Shown one piece after another: positions 41,578-51,747 of a stretch of 64,000 nucleotides of DNA (the stretch's first letter is position 1; each line of letters opens with the position of its first letter). Source of the DNA: a virus. A program made the translations under genes and the position numbers. Location: the UHGV virus genome UHGV-0104313. The stretch is one strand, 5' to 3'. The notes beneath the pieces are model-generated. The model was given only the letters and a program-made list of their open reading frames with translations. It was not told the origin of the DNA and ran no database searches.

Positions 41578-43167
41578 ATGTCTCAATATTCAATTCAACA
41601 GTCATTAGGTAATGCATCCGGCGTCGCGGTTAGCCCGATCAATGCCGATGCGACGTTATCTACCGGTGTTGCATTAAATAGCAGCTTGTGGGCTGGTATT
41701 GGCGTATTTGCGCGTGGCAAGCCGTTTACTGTTCTTGCGGTTACTGAGTCCAATTACGAAGATGTTCTCGGCGAACCGCTGAAGCCGTCTTCCGGCTCAC
41801 AGTTCGAACCAATTCGCCATGTATACGAAGCTATTCAGCAAACATCTGGTTATGTTGTTCGCGCTGTTCCGGATGATGCGAAGTTCCCGATTATTATGTT
41901 CGATGAATCAGGCGAACCGGCTTACAGTGCGTTGCCATACGGTTCTGAAATTGAACTTGATAGTGGCGAAGCCTTTGCTATCTACGTTGATGATGGTGAT
42001 CCGTGTATTTCACCTACCCGTGAGTTAACCATCGAAACGGCAACAGCGGACAGCGCGGGTAATGAACGCTTCCTCTTAAAACTGACCCAGACGACTTCGC
42101 TCGGTGTGGTAACGACCCTGGAGACACACACTGTGTCTTTGGCGGAAGAAGCGAAAGATGACATGGGCCGCTTGTGTTATCTGCCTACGGCTCTGGAAGC
42201 CCGTTCTAAATATCTGCGCGCGGTTGTTAATGAAGAGCTGATTTCGACAGCGAAAGTAACAAACAAAAAATCGTTGGCGTTCACTGGCGGTACCAACGGC
42301 GATCAGTCGAAAATCTCAACCGCTGCGTACCTGCGTGCGGTGAAAGTGCTGAACAATGCGCCGTACATGTACACCGCTGTTCTCGGCCTGGGGTGCTATG
42401 ACAATGCGGCGATCACTGCGTTAGGTAATATCTGTTCTGATCGCCTGATTGATGGCTTCTTTGATGTCAAACCGACATTGACGTACACGGAAGCGATCTC
42501 TGCTGTTGAAGATACCGGTTTACTTGGTACCGATTATGTAAGCTGTGCTGTCTATCATTTCCCGTTCTCCTGCAAAGACAAATGGACCCAATCCCGCGTG
42601 GTCTTCGGTCTGTCTGGCGCGGCGTATGCGGCGAAAGCTCGTGGCGTCAAGAAAAACTCCGATGTCGGCGGTTGGCATTACTCACCGGCTGGTGAAGAAC
42701 GTGCCGTCATAGCTCGTGCATCACTTCAGCCGCTGTATCCTGAAGACACCCCGGACGAAGAAGCTATGGTCAAGGGCCGACTCAATAAAGTATCTGTAGG
42801 TACTTCGGGCCAGATGATCATCGATGATGCTTTAACTTGCTGCACGCAGGACAACTATCTGCATTTCCAGCACGTCCCATCCCTGATGAACGCAATCAGC
42901 CGTTTCTTTGTCCAGTTAGCCCGACAGATGAAGCATAACCCGGACGGCATTACTGAGTCTGGCCTGACTAAAGGGATGACCAAACTTTTGGATCGCTTTG
43001 TCGCCTCCGGCGCTCTGGTGGCTCCTCGTGATCCTGATGCTGACGGTACAGAACCGTATGTGCTGAAAGTTACGCAGGCGGAATTCGATAAATGGGAAGT
43101 AGTCTGGGCCTGCTGCCCGACTGGCGTAGCCCGTCGTATCCAGGGCGTACCGCTGCTTATTAAGTAA
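41578..43167 (+). CDS. virion structural protein, 529 aa (tail sheath candidate)
   Basis: ORF track; size and position after the head gene. Confidence 0.4.
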   Translation: MSQYSIQQSLGNASGVAVSPINADATLSTGVALNSSLWAGIGVFARGKPFTVLAVTESNYEDVLGEPLKPSSGSQFEPIRHVYEAIQQTSGYVVRAVPDDAKFPIIMFDESGEPAYSALPYGSEIELDSGEAFAIYVDDGDPCISPTRELTIETATADSAGNERFLLKLTQTTSLGVVTTLETHTVSLAEEAKDDMGRLCYLPTALEARSKYLRAVVNEELISTAKVTNKKSLAFTGGTNGDQSKISTAAYLRAVKVLNNAPYMYTAVLGLGCYDNAAITALGNICSDRLIDGFFDVKPTLTYTEAISAVEDTGLLGTDYVSCAVYHFPFSCKDKWTQSRVVFGLSGAAYAAKARGVKKNSDVGGWHYSPAGEERAVIARASLQPLYPEDTPDEEAMVKGRLNKVSVGTSGQMIIDDALTCCTQDNYLHFQHVPSLMNAISRFFVQLARQMKHNPDGITESGLTKGMTKLLDRFVASGALVAPRDPDADGTEPYVLKVTQAEFDKWEVVWACCPTGVARRIQGVPLLIK

Positions 43168-43176
43168 GGAAATACA

Positions 43177-43992
43177 ATGAGCAAAAACTTTTTTCAATCC
43201 GGGGCATTTTTGGGGAATGGACTGTCTCGTTTCGCTTTGAACTCTGATCCTGTGCAGTTGATGGAGTCTGCCCGAGCAAGCGCCGAACCGACAACAGATC
43301 CGGTTATTAATAATAATCCGAAACCGGCGGCACAGACTAACGATAACGTTCCATCTGCCACGGCTCCTGAGCAAATCCTGGAAGGGAAAGACGGTAAAGA
43401 ATGGACCGTCGAACAGGCGCACCAGATGATTCTGGAAGCTGCAAATCGAAGTGCTATGCAGAATGCGTTGAGTGATGCGGCCGACGCCGTTTTCGCCTGG
43501 GCTGATAGCGGTGATCTGACTTTCGACTCCCTTGATGGTTTCGTTCAGGCTATCGCTGGTATCTCTGATGACGACGACTCCGAAGTTACAGAAGAACAGG
43601 ACGATGCCTATAACGAAGCATGGGCAAATGTTGCTGACTTCCTCGCAGCATGCGGTGTAGATGATGACCTGATCGAAGCACTGGCTGATGATGAAGACGA
43701 CGACGCAGCTGCTGATGTTGGTGCCTCTATCGCTGGTTTAGATAGCGACGACCGTGACGAACTGGAAGCAGCGTTTGTTGTTGCTGGCACTTCTGATGAA
43801 ATGCTGACTGAAGCATTTAAGAAGGTTGTTCGTAACGGTGAGATCAAACTCATCCGTAAACGCCTGCGTAAAAAACGTCTGACTGCGGCTCAAAAATCGG
43901 CGCTGAAAAAAGCGCGTCGAAAAGCCCAGACCGGCGCGGCAAAACTTGCCCGCAAAAAGTCAATGAAACTGCGCCGTAAGCGCCTTGGCTAA
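43177..43992 (+). CDS. highly acidic protein with Lys/Arg-rich C-terminal tail, 271 aa
   Basis: D/E-rich runs (DDDDSE, DDEDDD) and C-terminal KLIRKRLRKKR...RRKRLG. Confidence 0.45.
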   Translation: MSKNFFQSGAFLGNGLSRFALNSDPVQLMESARASAEPTTDPVINNNPKPAAQTNDNVPSATAPEQILEGKDGKEWTVEQAHQMILEAANRSAMQNALSDAADAVFAWADSGDLTFDSLDGFVQAIAGISDDDDSEVTEEQDDAYNEAWANVADFLAACGVDDDLIEALADDEDDDAAADVGASIAGLDSDDRDELEAAFVVAGTSDEMLTEAFKKVVRNGEIKLIRKRLRKKRLTAAQKSALKKARRKAQTGAAKLARKKSMKLRRKRLG

Positions 43993-44027
43993 AGGAGGAG
44001 GCCGGAGAACTCCGGCCTTTAACTTGA

Positions 44028-44609
44028 ATGGCACCTATACCTTATGGGGTTTACAGCCAGGCTGACGGTGTATCACCATTTCTGAAAGTTACTTTAACGA
44101 ACTCTCAGTACCAGGTTACCGGATATATCAGCCAGGGGGCGGCAATGAACATGGCCCAGAATTGGGAAGCGCCGTTTACCGGTATGTCCATGGGGTCTGT
44201 TGCTGGTGCTTTCAGTGGTTTTGCGCAGGTTGGTACTGAAACAACGTCGGTGGCCCGTTGGAACAGCTTAATGGTTTGGGAGGGGGGAACACCGCCAACT
44301 TTCACGCTGCCAGTAACTTTCATCGCTTTGTTTGACCCATTCACGGAGGTTTCAGGAGCTATCGCCGCATTGTCAGCGATGATTAGCCCGGAACTTAAAG
44401 ATGCCAGTATTGGTGGTCGAATCCCGGAGCGTGTGACGCTAAACATTGGTCGCCGGATCAACATCATTGATGTCGCTATCCAGGACATAAGTTTCGATCT
44501 CGATGCGCCCAGGGACAGCAATGGGCATTTCCTGAAAAACACCGTCAACCTCCAGTTGACCGGTTCTTCGATATATAACAGCTCCGATATTGTTCGGGCG
44601 TTCCAGTAA
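44028..44609 (+). CDS. putative tail structural protein, 193 aa
   Basis: ORF track; within the structural operon. Confidence 0.4.
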   Translation: MAPIPYGVYSQADGVSPFLKVTLTNSQYQVTGYISQGAAMNMAQNWEAPFTGMSMGSVAGAFSGFAQVGTETTSVARWNSLMVWEGGTPPTFTLPVTFIALFDPFTEVSGAIAALSAMISPELKDASIGGRIPERVTLNIGRRINIIDVAIQDISFDLDAPRDSNGHFLKNTVNLQLTGSSIYNSSDIVRAFQ

Positions 44610-44620
44610 AAGGATTTTAT

Positions 44621-45130
44621 ATGGGGCACAATAACACTAAGGGAAACCGTAAATTTATTAAGGGCCGCTATACTGCCAACGCGGCCAAAGGCGAACGACT
44701 GGTATCTTCTGAATTCCAGCTCACTTTTGCTGGCCATGAAGATATCAGCGTACTGGTTCGCACGTCGCAAATTCCTGAAATGACCCGCGAGGATGTGGAG
44801 GACTATGGTCCGAATGGTGTGAAGTTCAACCAGCACGGTCCAATTCGAAACTCTGGGGAAATCCAGGTCCAGTGCGTGGAGACTATCGAAGGCGATATTC
44901 TTCAGTTCATTAAAGATCGCATTGCGGCGAAGGACTATGTTGATATCACGATGGCTGCTACCCCTGAATCCAAATCTTCCGGGGTTAACGCTGTGACAAA
45001 AGCTGCTACAACAATTGAAATGTTGGACTGCAAAATCTACAGTGATGCAATCGACTTTAGTACCGAAGATGTGACTGCCGCTGTGCGTCCGTCACTTCGT
45101 ATCGTTTACAACTGGATTGAGTGGGATTAA
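44621..45130 (+). CDS. putative tail tube-like protein, 169 aa
   Basis: ORF track; size typical of myovirus tube proteins; followed by a strong terminator. Confidence 0.4.
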   Translation: MGHNNTKGNRKFIKGRYTANAAKGERLVSSEFQLTFAGHEDISVLVRTSQIPEMTREDVEDYGPNGVKFNQHGPIRNSGEIQVQCVETIEGDILQFIKDRIAAKDYVDITMAATPESKSSGVNAVTKAATTIEMLDCKIYSDAIDFSTEDVTAAVRPSLRIVYNWIEWD

Positions 45131-45149
45131 GAATCATCCCTTGTATTTT

Positions 45150-45174
45150 AAAGCTCCTGCGGGAGCTTTTTTTA
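45150..45174 (+). terminator. Rho-independent terminator (AGCTCCTGCGGGAGCT TTTTTT)
   Basis: Stem-loop plus T7 after the stop at 45130. Confidence 0.6.
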
Positions 45175-45301
45175 TAACTATTTTATATAAACATGCATCG
45201 ATAACATTGTCTGGAGTTTTATGTTAGATTATTAATGTTCTAATAAACTACAATTATTGAGGTAGATGTTTGTGCCTGTACTGTTAAAGGGGGACTCTAA
45301 A

Positions 45302-45898
45302 ATGGCTGTGATTCCAATGTCGTACTCCCCGGGTACTGTCGCTCGTCGATTTTCGATCCTGGACGGCGTTACCATCCAGGGTGTGCTTTACCAGGTTATA
45401 TGGGATTCCAAAACCCCATTTGCAGCTGTAATAGAGGCTGCGCCTTCTGTTATCGATGGTGATATGCGCCATAAGGTTGTCGCTACTCTTGAACTTCAAC
45501 GTCGCCCGCAGCTTGAAGGCGTACTGGTAAGGAAGTTCTGGGAGGATAGCGATGTTGCCCAGATTGAAGGTATTGTGGTTGATGGAACCGTCCGTGATGT
45601 CGGTTTAGCTACTTTTGTTTACGAAACCGTAGCCTCAAAAGCTGGTGTTGTTTTGCTTAGTGATAATGAGCAATACGAAGGTGGAAAAGCTCTTTGGCAA
45701 CACATCGCCCGTCGCTCTTCCGAGCTAAAAGTGTTTATCCTCGACACCGATGCCGCTCAGTATTACCCGTTTGACGGCGAACGTGTTTGCTATGACGGGG
45801 TAAGTATTCCTGAATCTGAGATATGGAGTGAACACCCAGATCGAAGTAAGCATGGGGTTGTTCTTGTCGCTGAATCCATAACTGGAAAGGCGGCATAG
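45302..45898 (+). CDS. hypothetical protein, ~198 aa
   Basis: ORF track trimmed to ATG preceded by AAGGGGGA RBS. Confidence 0.45.
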   Translation: MAVIPMSYSPGTVARRFSILDGVTIQGVLYQVIWDSKTPFAAVIEAAPSVIDGDMRHKVVATLELQRRPQLEGVLVRKFWEDSDVAQIEGIVVDGTVRDVGLATFVYETVASKAGVVLLSDNEQYEGGKALWQHIARRSSELKVFILDTDAAQYYPFDGERVCYDGVSIPESEIWSEHPDRSKHGVVLVAESITGKAA

Positions 45899-46192
45899 CA
45901 GTAAAATTCCTTGCTCCTTAAAAGGGGAGAGGGTTAATCTAGATATGCTAAGCATGGATATGGCCTCAGATTAATGTTAAGCGTCTTGCAGGACGCGTAA
46001 TGTTATCTGGGGCTTTCTTCTGTTATTTGTTTGAGTGCTAGGTAGCAAAGAGAGCTAGCATTCATCAGGCAAATCTATCAATAAATAGCGTTAGTTTTTG
46101 TTGTGTGTATGTTTCTTTATTGTTATTGTTATTGTGTTGTTTGTTTTTTGGACAACGCAATTCCTATAATCTATAGAATAAAGGAAGTATAT

Positions 46193-46480
46193 ATGGCTGA
46201 TGTACGCATTACTTGCATTACCCTCTCCGGCTCGCAATCAATCCATGAGCATATTACTCATGTGGGAAGTCCTCAATTTAATACTAGCAATGGGAAATGG
46301 ACTGTTGAGCAGGTAATTAATGCTATTGATAATAATCTCCATACATTCTATGTAACAGATAATGCAGGTAATCGTGTAGAAGTTGGGGTTGTTAATCCTG
46401 GTAATGGTGGAAGGCAGTTTATTAGAACGTATGCAGACAATCGATGGAATAATAATTTACTATCGCTACCAGTCTGTTAA
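46193..46480 (+). CDS. hypothetical small protein, 95 aa, moron-like (own AT-rich upstream region and terminator)
   Basis: ATG after GGAAG RBS and TATAAT-like hexamer; upstream T/G-rich simple repeat. Confidence 0.45.
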   Translation: MADVRITCITLSGSQSIHEHITHVGSPQFNTSNGKWTVEQVINAIDNNLHTFYVTDNAGNRVEVGVVNPGNGGRQFIRTYADNRWNNNLLSLPVC

Positions 46481-46494
46481 TGTAATTTTATAAA

Positions 46495-46527
46495 AAAGGC
46501 TGCAACCTCTGTTGCAGCCTTTTTTTA
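46495..46527. terminator. bidirectional intrinsic terminator (AAAAAAGGCTGCAACCTCTGTTGCAGCCTTTTTTT)
   Basis: 10-bp stem flanked by A-run and T-run, between convergent genes. Confidence 0.6.
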
Positions 46528-46550
46528 GCCATTATGACTGAGATAAGCCA

Positions 46551-47606
46551 CTATAAACTCTGAACAAGACGTTCGATTGCTGCACCATATCTTTCTAATG
46601 GTTCATTATTGATTTGTGGCTCAGTGTCATGGATCTGATATCTGCCTGGTTTTATATCAAATAGAGGTCTTCCTAGATGGGAAGATACTATAGCTACGGA
46701 ATGGTTATCTGGCACAGTAAACGTTTTTAAATTTCCGCCTTGGAACGCTGTTGGTTTATTCGTCCGCAGATTTTCAGCTCTATCCCTGATTTCGTCGAAC
46801 ATTGCCGAAAACGCTTTACTTGCTCGTTTGTCATACTCTGTCGAACGATTAAAAACTAGAGAATGAATGACAGGAACCGCTAGACCAAACTGTTGACACC
46901 GATCGTAAAAGTTAACAGAACGATAATCGTTTTGTACTCCAACGCCATAAACCAACTGGCTTAGGTTATCCACTGCTCGAGCCGAAGAACCATCACTTGA
47001 GCAAGGTATTATAATTGCATTTGCTGCTATCAGTGATAGTTCGGTATAGGCAGAGAAACTGGGGTTGCAATCAATAAAGCAAATGGTTTCTTCGATACCT
47101 TGTTGTTGTGCACATGCAACAAGCAAATCTCGTAGCCACAGGTGGATGCTTTTCCATGAGTCAACTGGTAAGTTTACGCTGCTTAACTGATTGATTACTT
47201 GCGCCTGAACTTCCAGGCTTGGGTCGCCTGCAATCAAAAATACATTGTCAGGGACATGCCCGTTAATTTCAGAGACATGAATTAAGAAACTTGTTTCTGA
47301 ACCGGTAAGCATGTGGGGGCTGCGAGTTCTTCTGTCAAAGTACCCACCGACAGTTTTTCGTTGTTGAATTAAGTTCGCGAGGTTAGCAGCACCAGTACCG
47401 TTACCGCCGAGCAATATTTCAGATAAGTTAGCCTGCGGGCACATATCTGCAAAAATAATACGCTTTTCTGGATTTTGCCTTGCGTATTCACAGGCCATAG
47501 CGAAAGATAAGTATGTCTTTCCTACGCCACCTTTATTATTCCAAATAGCATACGATTTCATGGTATCCCCGGCGTTATCTGCTGTTTGTGTGCCAGCATA
47601 AGTCAT
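46551..47606 (-). CDS. ParA/MinD-family P-loop ATPase-like protein, 351 aa
   Basis: Deviant Walker A NKGGVGKT near N-terminus; GGAG RBS upstream. Confidence 0.5.
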   Translation of the reverse strand: MTYAGTQTADNAGDTMKSYAIWNNKGGVGKTYLSFAMACEYARQNPEKRIIFADMCPQANLSEILLGGNGTGAANLANLIQQRKTVGGYFDRRTRSPHMLTGSETSFLIHVSEINGHVPDNVFLIAGDPSLEVQAQVINQLSSVNLPVDSWKSIHLWLRDLLVACAQQQGIEETICFIDCNPSFSAYTELSLIAANAIIIPCSSDGSSARAVDNLSQLVYGVGVQNDYRSVNFYDRCQQFGLAVPVIHSLVFNRSTEYDKRASKAFSAMFDEIRDRAENLRTNKPTAFQGGNLKTFTVPDNHSVAIVSSHLGRPLFDIKPGRYQIHDTEPQINNEPLERYGAAIERLVQSL

Positions 47607-47850
47607 TATGCATCTCCATTACTATCCATGAATTAAGTCAAAAAATATGTAAAAGTAGCAATGTATCACTCTTTTACTCATTATAAACGTTACAAGTTGT
47701 GATGGTTAGCTGTGTTTTTATCAGTACAAGTTTTGATCTGGCTTTGGGTTTTTATATATGGATATGTCTCAACGATGCCCTGCAAAAAGTGATCGCTAAC
47801 TGTAAAAAATCAGATTGCATCTCCGACCTCAAACTGAAAACGCCAGGTGA

Positions 47851-47867
47851 CTCCAGATTAGAGCAAT
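47851..47867 (-). promoter_or_regulatory. degenerate C1-type operator-like site (ATTGCTCTAATCTGGAG)
   Basis: Core ATTGCTCTAAT conserved, 3' half divergent; at the 3' end of the repL-like gene. Confidence 0.3.
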
Positions 47868-47870
47868 CTA

Positions 47871-48716
47871 TCACCCCCTGAATCCTGCCGGTATACCCCA
47901 TTTTTCGTTATCTTTATTTTTGGCTAAAACCGCATTAAGAGCTTCGTTTACCGTCATGCAATGCGGTAGATTATCGAAGTTTGATATCCCGCCAATATCA
48001 GGCGAACGCTTGTTCTTCAGGTAAGCATATTTCCGCCCAGCCGCCTCTACTTTCTGCTTGAACTCATGTTTTTGAGCGCGTTTTTTGGATAACCGCAGAT
48101 TGTCAGCCTTTGCTTTTGCCTCAGCGATCCATGAAGTCAATTTTTTGAGTCTGGTCGTTCCGGCACCGCCGGAAACTGATCTTTTTGTTTTTTTAACTTG
48201 TGACTTCTTATTCTTTATTGCCACGTCATCCTGACAGGGGGAGGGGGTATCATTTTGACATGGGGGTGTGGATAAAAAATCAAATAAAGCCAATGTCTTA
48301 GCGAGAACAGCTTTAACCTTGGTTGCCGCTGAAGAGATCTTTAATTTGCTTTCAATCAGCGCATTTTTGGCTTGTTGTGCGAAGGCGAAAAAGGATGGTG
48401 TAAACCGGTACAGGTTAGCGCGACGTTCATGGTGATCGCCGATAACAATCTCTACAGACAGAATTCCTTTGTTTACAGCTTCACGGAATGCACGAACGAC
48501 GGTTGATTGGCTATAACCAGTTTCTGCCGCGATCAGGCGGTGGGGCTTGTGAATGAAGTATTCACTGGTTGTTGCCGCGAGATTTGCACATTGCGACAGG
48601 ATATGCCCGGCGCTACGGGATAGACCGGAGTGTGTTACAAAGAAGGCCAATTCATAGCCAGAAAAAGTAAAATCGCTCATCGTTATACAGCTCAGGAAAG
48701 TGACTTTAGCCAGCAT
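47871..48716 (-). CDS. repL: lytic-replicon initiator candidate (RepL-like), 281 aa
   Basis: Size and position directly downstream of kilA as in P1; basic C-terminal half; by synteny. Confidence 0.5.
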   Translation of the reverse strand: MLAKVTFLSCITMSDFTFSGYELAFFVTHSGLSRSAGHILSQCANLAATTSEYFIHKPHRLIAAETGYSQSTVVRAFREAVNKGILSVEIVIGDHHERRANLYRFTPSFFAFAQQAKNALIESKLKISSAATKVKAVLAKTLALFDFLSTPPCQNDTPSPCQDDVAIKNKKSQVKKTKRSVSGGAGTTRLKKLTSWIAEAKAKADNLRLSKKRAQKHEFKQKVEAAGRKYAYLKNKRSPDIGGISNFDNLPHCMTVNEALNAVLAKNKDNEKWGIPAGFRG

Positions 48717-48745
48717 TACAATGCTGGTGGTTCTTACTACGTCTG

Positions 48746-49546
48746 TTAGCGCGTTGCCGCGACAGGTACCAGCACACCAGCATCAAGCAATCGCTTCATC
48801 AGCCACTGCTGACCTTTGCCGGTTATACGAGTCGTGAAAGAAATCCTGCTTCCATTGCTTGTATCGATCACGGTTTCTTTAAGGGTGAAATACCCACGGG
48901 ATATGTATTCTTGTTTGGGGACGTTCCTGCGTTCACCGGTTGCGATCAGAATTCCGTTATCACGCAACCAGGTGAAGAGATAGTTTTGGCCCAGGCCGAG
49001 CACTTTGGCATAGTTGCCGATTAGAACCCCGCTGGCGGTAGCAACGCGTTCAGCGAATTCGACTTTAGGTGCATCCATAAGCATTTTTTGCTCCAGCCGT
49101 TGCTTTTGCTCTGCCAGGTCGGCAGCCAAACGGAGAGCTTCAGGGAGACTCTGCGGAATAGCAGGTTGTAATCTTCCGGTTCGATAGTCGATAAATGTCT
49201 GGTTTACCTTCAGCCGAAACGCGGGAGAAATCCAGCCTGCGTACTCCACAGCGAGCAATTCATGGGCAAAAGTGCCGCCGCCACGGCCTTCGAACGAAAC
49301 TATGCAATTCTGCATAGTTTCTTTTTCAAGCTCTTCGATGAGCTGTTTAGCTGACAGCGTTCTTAGCCATTGAGCTGGCGCTTTATGGGCACCGAGTCCG
49401 CTCGCTCTGTGTAGAGCATTAAGGTTGTAACGGCCAGCGCGGTCGGTCGTAATTTCAACACCACAAATAACGGGCAGAGTGGTTGAAGGATCGACATTTT
49501 GATGAAGGTTTGATATATTCATATCCGCATTGAATGTTTGTTGCAT
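48746..49546 (-). CDS. kilA: KilA-like protein: KilA-N domain plus C-terminal domain shared with Ant, ~266 aa
   Basis: FEGRGGGTFAHELLAVEYAGWISPAF (KilA-N-like); C-terminal PQSLPEALRLAADLAEQKQ...GYF paralogous to Ant C-terminus; track start trimmed to ATG. Confidence 0.6.
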   Translation of the reverse strand: MQQTFNADMNISNLHQNVDPSTTLPVICGVEITTDRAGRYNLNALHRASGLGAHKAPAQWLRTLSAKQLIEELEKETMQNCIVSFEGRGGGTFAHELLAVEYAGWISPAFRLKVNQTFIDYRTGRLQPAIPQSLPEALRLAADLAEQKQRLEQKMLMDAPKVEFAERVATASGVLIGNYAKVLGLGQNYLFTWLRDNGILIATGERRNVPKQEYISRGYFTLKETVIDTSNGSRISFTTRITGKGQQWLMKRLLDAGVLVPVAATR

Positions 49547-49616
49547 TTTTTTCTCCAAATTTGCATCAACCTTCAATCACCAGCTCGAAATGGTGATTCT
49601 TTGCACTTAGAAAACG

Positions 49617-49633
49617 AAATTTATTAGAGCAAA
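49617..49633 (-). promoter_or_regulatory. C1-type operator-like site (TTTGCTCTAATAAATTT)
   Basis: 16/17 match, ~60-70 bp upstream of kilA. Confidence 0.6.
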
Positions 49634-49711
49634 TTTTTCTGGCTCGATCCAGATCGGGTTGGACGATCTGCTCAGAAACCTGCCAGTTTGCTGGCAGGTT
49701 TTTTTCTTTTG

Positions 49712-51121
49712 TTAACCTATTGCTACTGGTTTTAACAAACCAGCATCAAGTAGCTTGCGAGTTAACCACTGCTGGCCTTTACCCGTTAATTGGGGCGTCA
49801 GCCGTATCTGGTAGCCATTTTCATCATCCAGCACCACTTCTTTCACCGTGAAATACCCGGCGTTAATGTACTGCTGGCGCGGTACGTTTTTGCGCGCACC
49901 AAAAGCCATGAGAATGCCGTTCTGGCGCAACCATGAGAAAAGGGCGTTTTGCTTAAGTCCAACGACCTTTGCAAAGTTCCCGATCAGGATTCCATTAGCC
50001 GCTGATACCCGGTCGGCAAAATCGACTTTAGGGGCTGCGGCCACCAGCTGTTGATTTAGCTGGTGGGTTTTCTGTTCCAGTAGCTGCTTTTGTTCAGCCA
50101 GCTCGGCAGCCAGGCGCAGAGCTTCGGGAAGCGTCTGGGGGATTGCGACCGGTTGCTGTTCTTTTTGCCGGAAGTAGCTGTCTTCCAGTTTTTCAAAGAA
50201 TGCCCACGCTTGCTCTGTGTCTACGATCTTAGACATGCGTGCCGCTCCGCGTTCGGTCCAGAGTATTAAGGATCTGGTCTTGGGGGAAATTTGCAACTCG
50301 CTAAAAGATAGTCGCAAACTTTTTATCTCATCTCCTTTGATTTTAAAGAAGTGTTTACCCTCTACAAATCGTTCTTCATTGCGATTGTAGTTCTGCTGAA
50401 TACGAGTAGGTGTAGTGCCATACCCTCTAGCAAGAGTCTCGGTTGTCACGACGCGTACTCCCTGCCATTCCAGAACGGGAATTTCATCAGGATGATTTTC
50501 AACATTTATAGGTTCCAATGCCTGAATCATGGTATGTAGCGAACGGCGGACCGCTTTTGACTCGCGCGCGGCAACTCGCAGGGCTTGTTTGTAGGTCATG
50601 GTTATGACAACCATAGGCGTACCGCCACCTGGCGGCACGGTTGCACTTTTTGTGTAACCGTCCTCACCTTCTAATTCGTCGAGTATTTTTTCGATGAATT
50701 TGTTGTTCCGAACCTCTGGTTCCCCACATAACTTACGCGCTTCATTGACCATCTTTAACAGTGTCTGGCTGTCGATTGTGTCTCCAGTGTTGGAGATAAC
50801 ATTCACAGCTGGTGATGGCGTAGCTGAAGCAACAGGTGCTGTTTTTTCAACATTTAAATTATTACCGGTCATTCTATGTGCCTCCTTTCTCATTTCTGCT
50901 GCCACTGTTGCGTAACGTAGACGTCCTTGTTCAATCAAATAATCCCTGATCTCGGCTATCAGTAGCCTGTTGATCACAGCCTTATCTGTTCGGGTATAAA
51001 AACGTCTGGTTATCATGAAATAGTTAGCAATTGCGCCGGGGATCTCCCGTGTCGGCATACAGGCAGTATGCAAGGCGATCGCTTCGGCTATTTCATTACG
51101 GGTGACGAGAGGTGTTTTCAT
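49712..51121 (-). CDS. antirepressor (Ant-like), single 469-codon frame; N-terminal ~75 aa may correspond to an Icd-like segment
   Basis: C-terminal ~120 aa paralogous to KilA C-terminus; position downstream of the c4-like locus. Confidence 0.55.
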   Translation of the reverse strand: MKTPLVTRNEIAEAIALHTACMPTREIPGAIANYFMITRRFYTRTDKAVINRLLIAEIRDYLIEQGRLRYATVAAEMRKEAHRMTGNNLNVEKTAPVASATPSPAVNVISNTGDTIDSQTLLKMVNEARKLCGEPEVRNNKFIEKILDELEGEDGYTKSATVPPGGGTPMVVITMTYKQALRVAARESKAVRRSLHTMIQALEPINVENHPDEIPVLEWQGVRVVTTETLARGYGTTPTRIQQNYNRNEERFVEGKHFFKIKGDEIKSLRLSFSELQISPKTRSLILWTERGAARMSKIVDTEQAWAFFEKLEDSYFRQKEQQPVAIPQTLPEALRLAAELAEQKQLLEQKTHQLNQQLVAAAPKVDFADRVSAANGILIGNFAKVVGLKQNALFSWLRQNGILMAFGARKNVPRQQYINAGYFTVKEVVLDDENGYQIRLTPQLTGKGQQWLTRKLLDAGLLKPVAIG

Positions 51122-51379
51122 AAACCCCCCTGAACGTCGGCAGAGAAGGGGAGGCTCCAGTAACTAAGTGAATTGCGCGAGTTAGTTGAAAAACGGGCAG
51201 TAAAAATGCAGGGGCCATCAGGCAATTGAGAGCGTGCTTCGTCTTCTGTTGCTGCGATAACGAAGTGATAGTGGTGTTTTTGGCAGGAGTAAAAGCGCCA
51301 GATAAATTCAGGATGAGTAGGGGTAGGGATAGTAGCCACAATGGCAGCCTCCTTTTGCTAATTTAAGGAGCTACCGCGT

Positions 51380-51590
51380 GAGGTTCCAATCTCAATGGCG
51401 GTAGCACTGACTGGGTTGGAACTACCGGCGCAAAAGGGAACCGGCCTGCCTTTCGGCAGCCCAGCCAGCACTACCATTGATCTCGGAGCTATGTGCTACG
51501 TATGGTTGTGCGATGGCATGACACAAAAAAAGACGCTTTTGGCGTCTATGTCGCCTTTTGCATTATCCGGGGTTCCAATCCCGGCATCCG
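51380..51590 (-). ncRNA. c4-like antisense RNA locus (boundaries not resolved)
   Basis: Two direct copies of GGTTCCAATC (~51382, ~51571) bracket a structured segment carrying the complementary GTTCCAA (~51413); lies between operator and ant start. Confidence 0.3.
51512..51537 (-). terminator. minus-strand hairpin plus U-run (AGACGCCAAAAGCGTCT TTTTTTT in minus sense)
   Basis: Stem-loop followed by T7 on the minus strand inside the immunity leader. Confidence 0.4.
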
Positions 51591-51673
51591 TTTTACTAAG
51601 ATGCCTGTTTAGGATAAACCGAAAATGCATTAGCACGCAAGCAAGTTAATGTAGCATATGAAGCTAAAAAAAT

Positions 51674-51690
51674 AAAATAATTAGAGCAAC
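51674..51690 (-). promoter_or_regulatory. C1-type operator-like site (GTTGCTCTAATTATTTT)
   Basis: 13-14/17 match at the head of the c4/ant leader. Confidence 0.45.
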
Positions 51691-51747
51691 TTGCAACCAT
51701 GTAAATTATTTCTCTGGTAACTAAAATGTATGAGTTTAATTGATATG

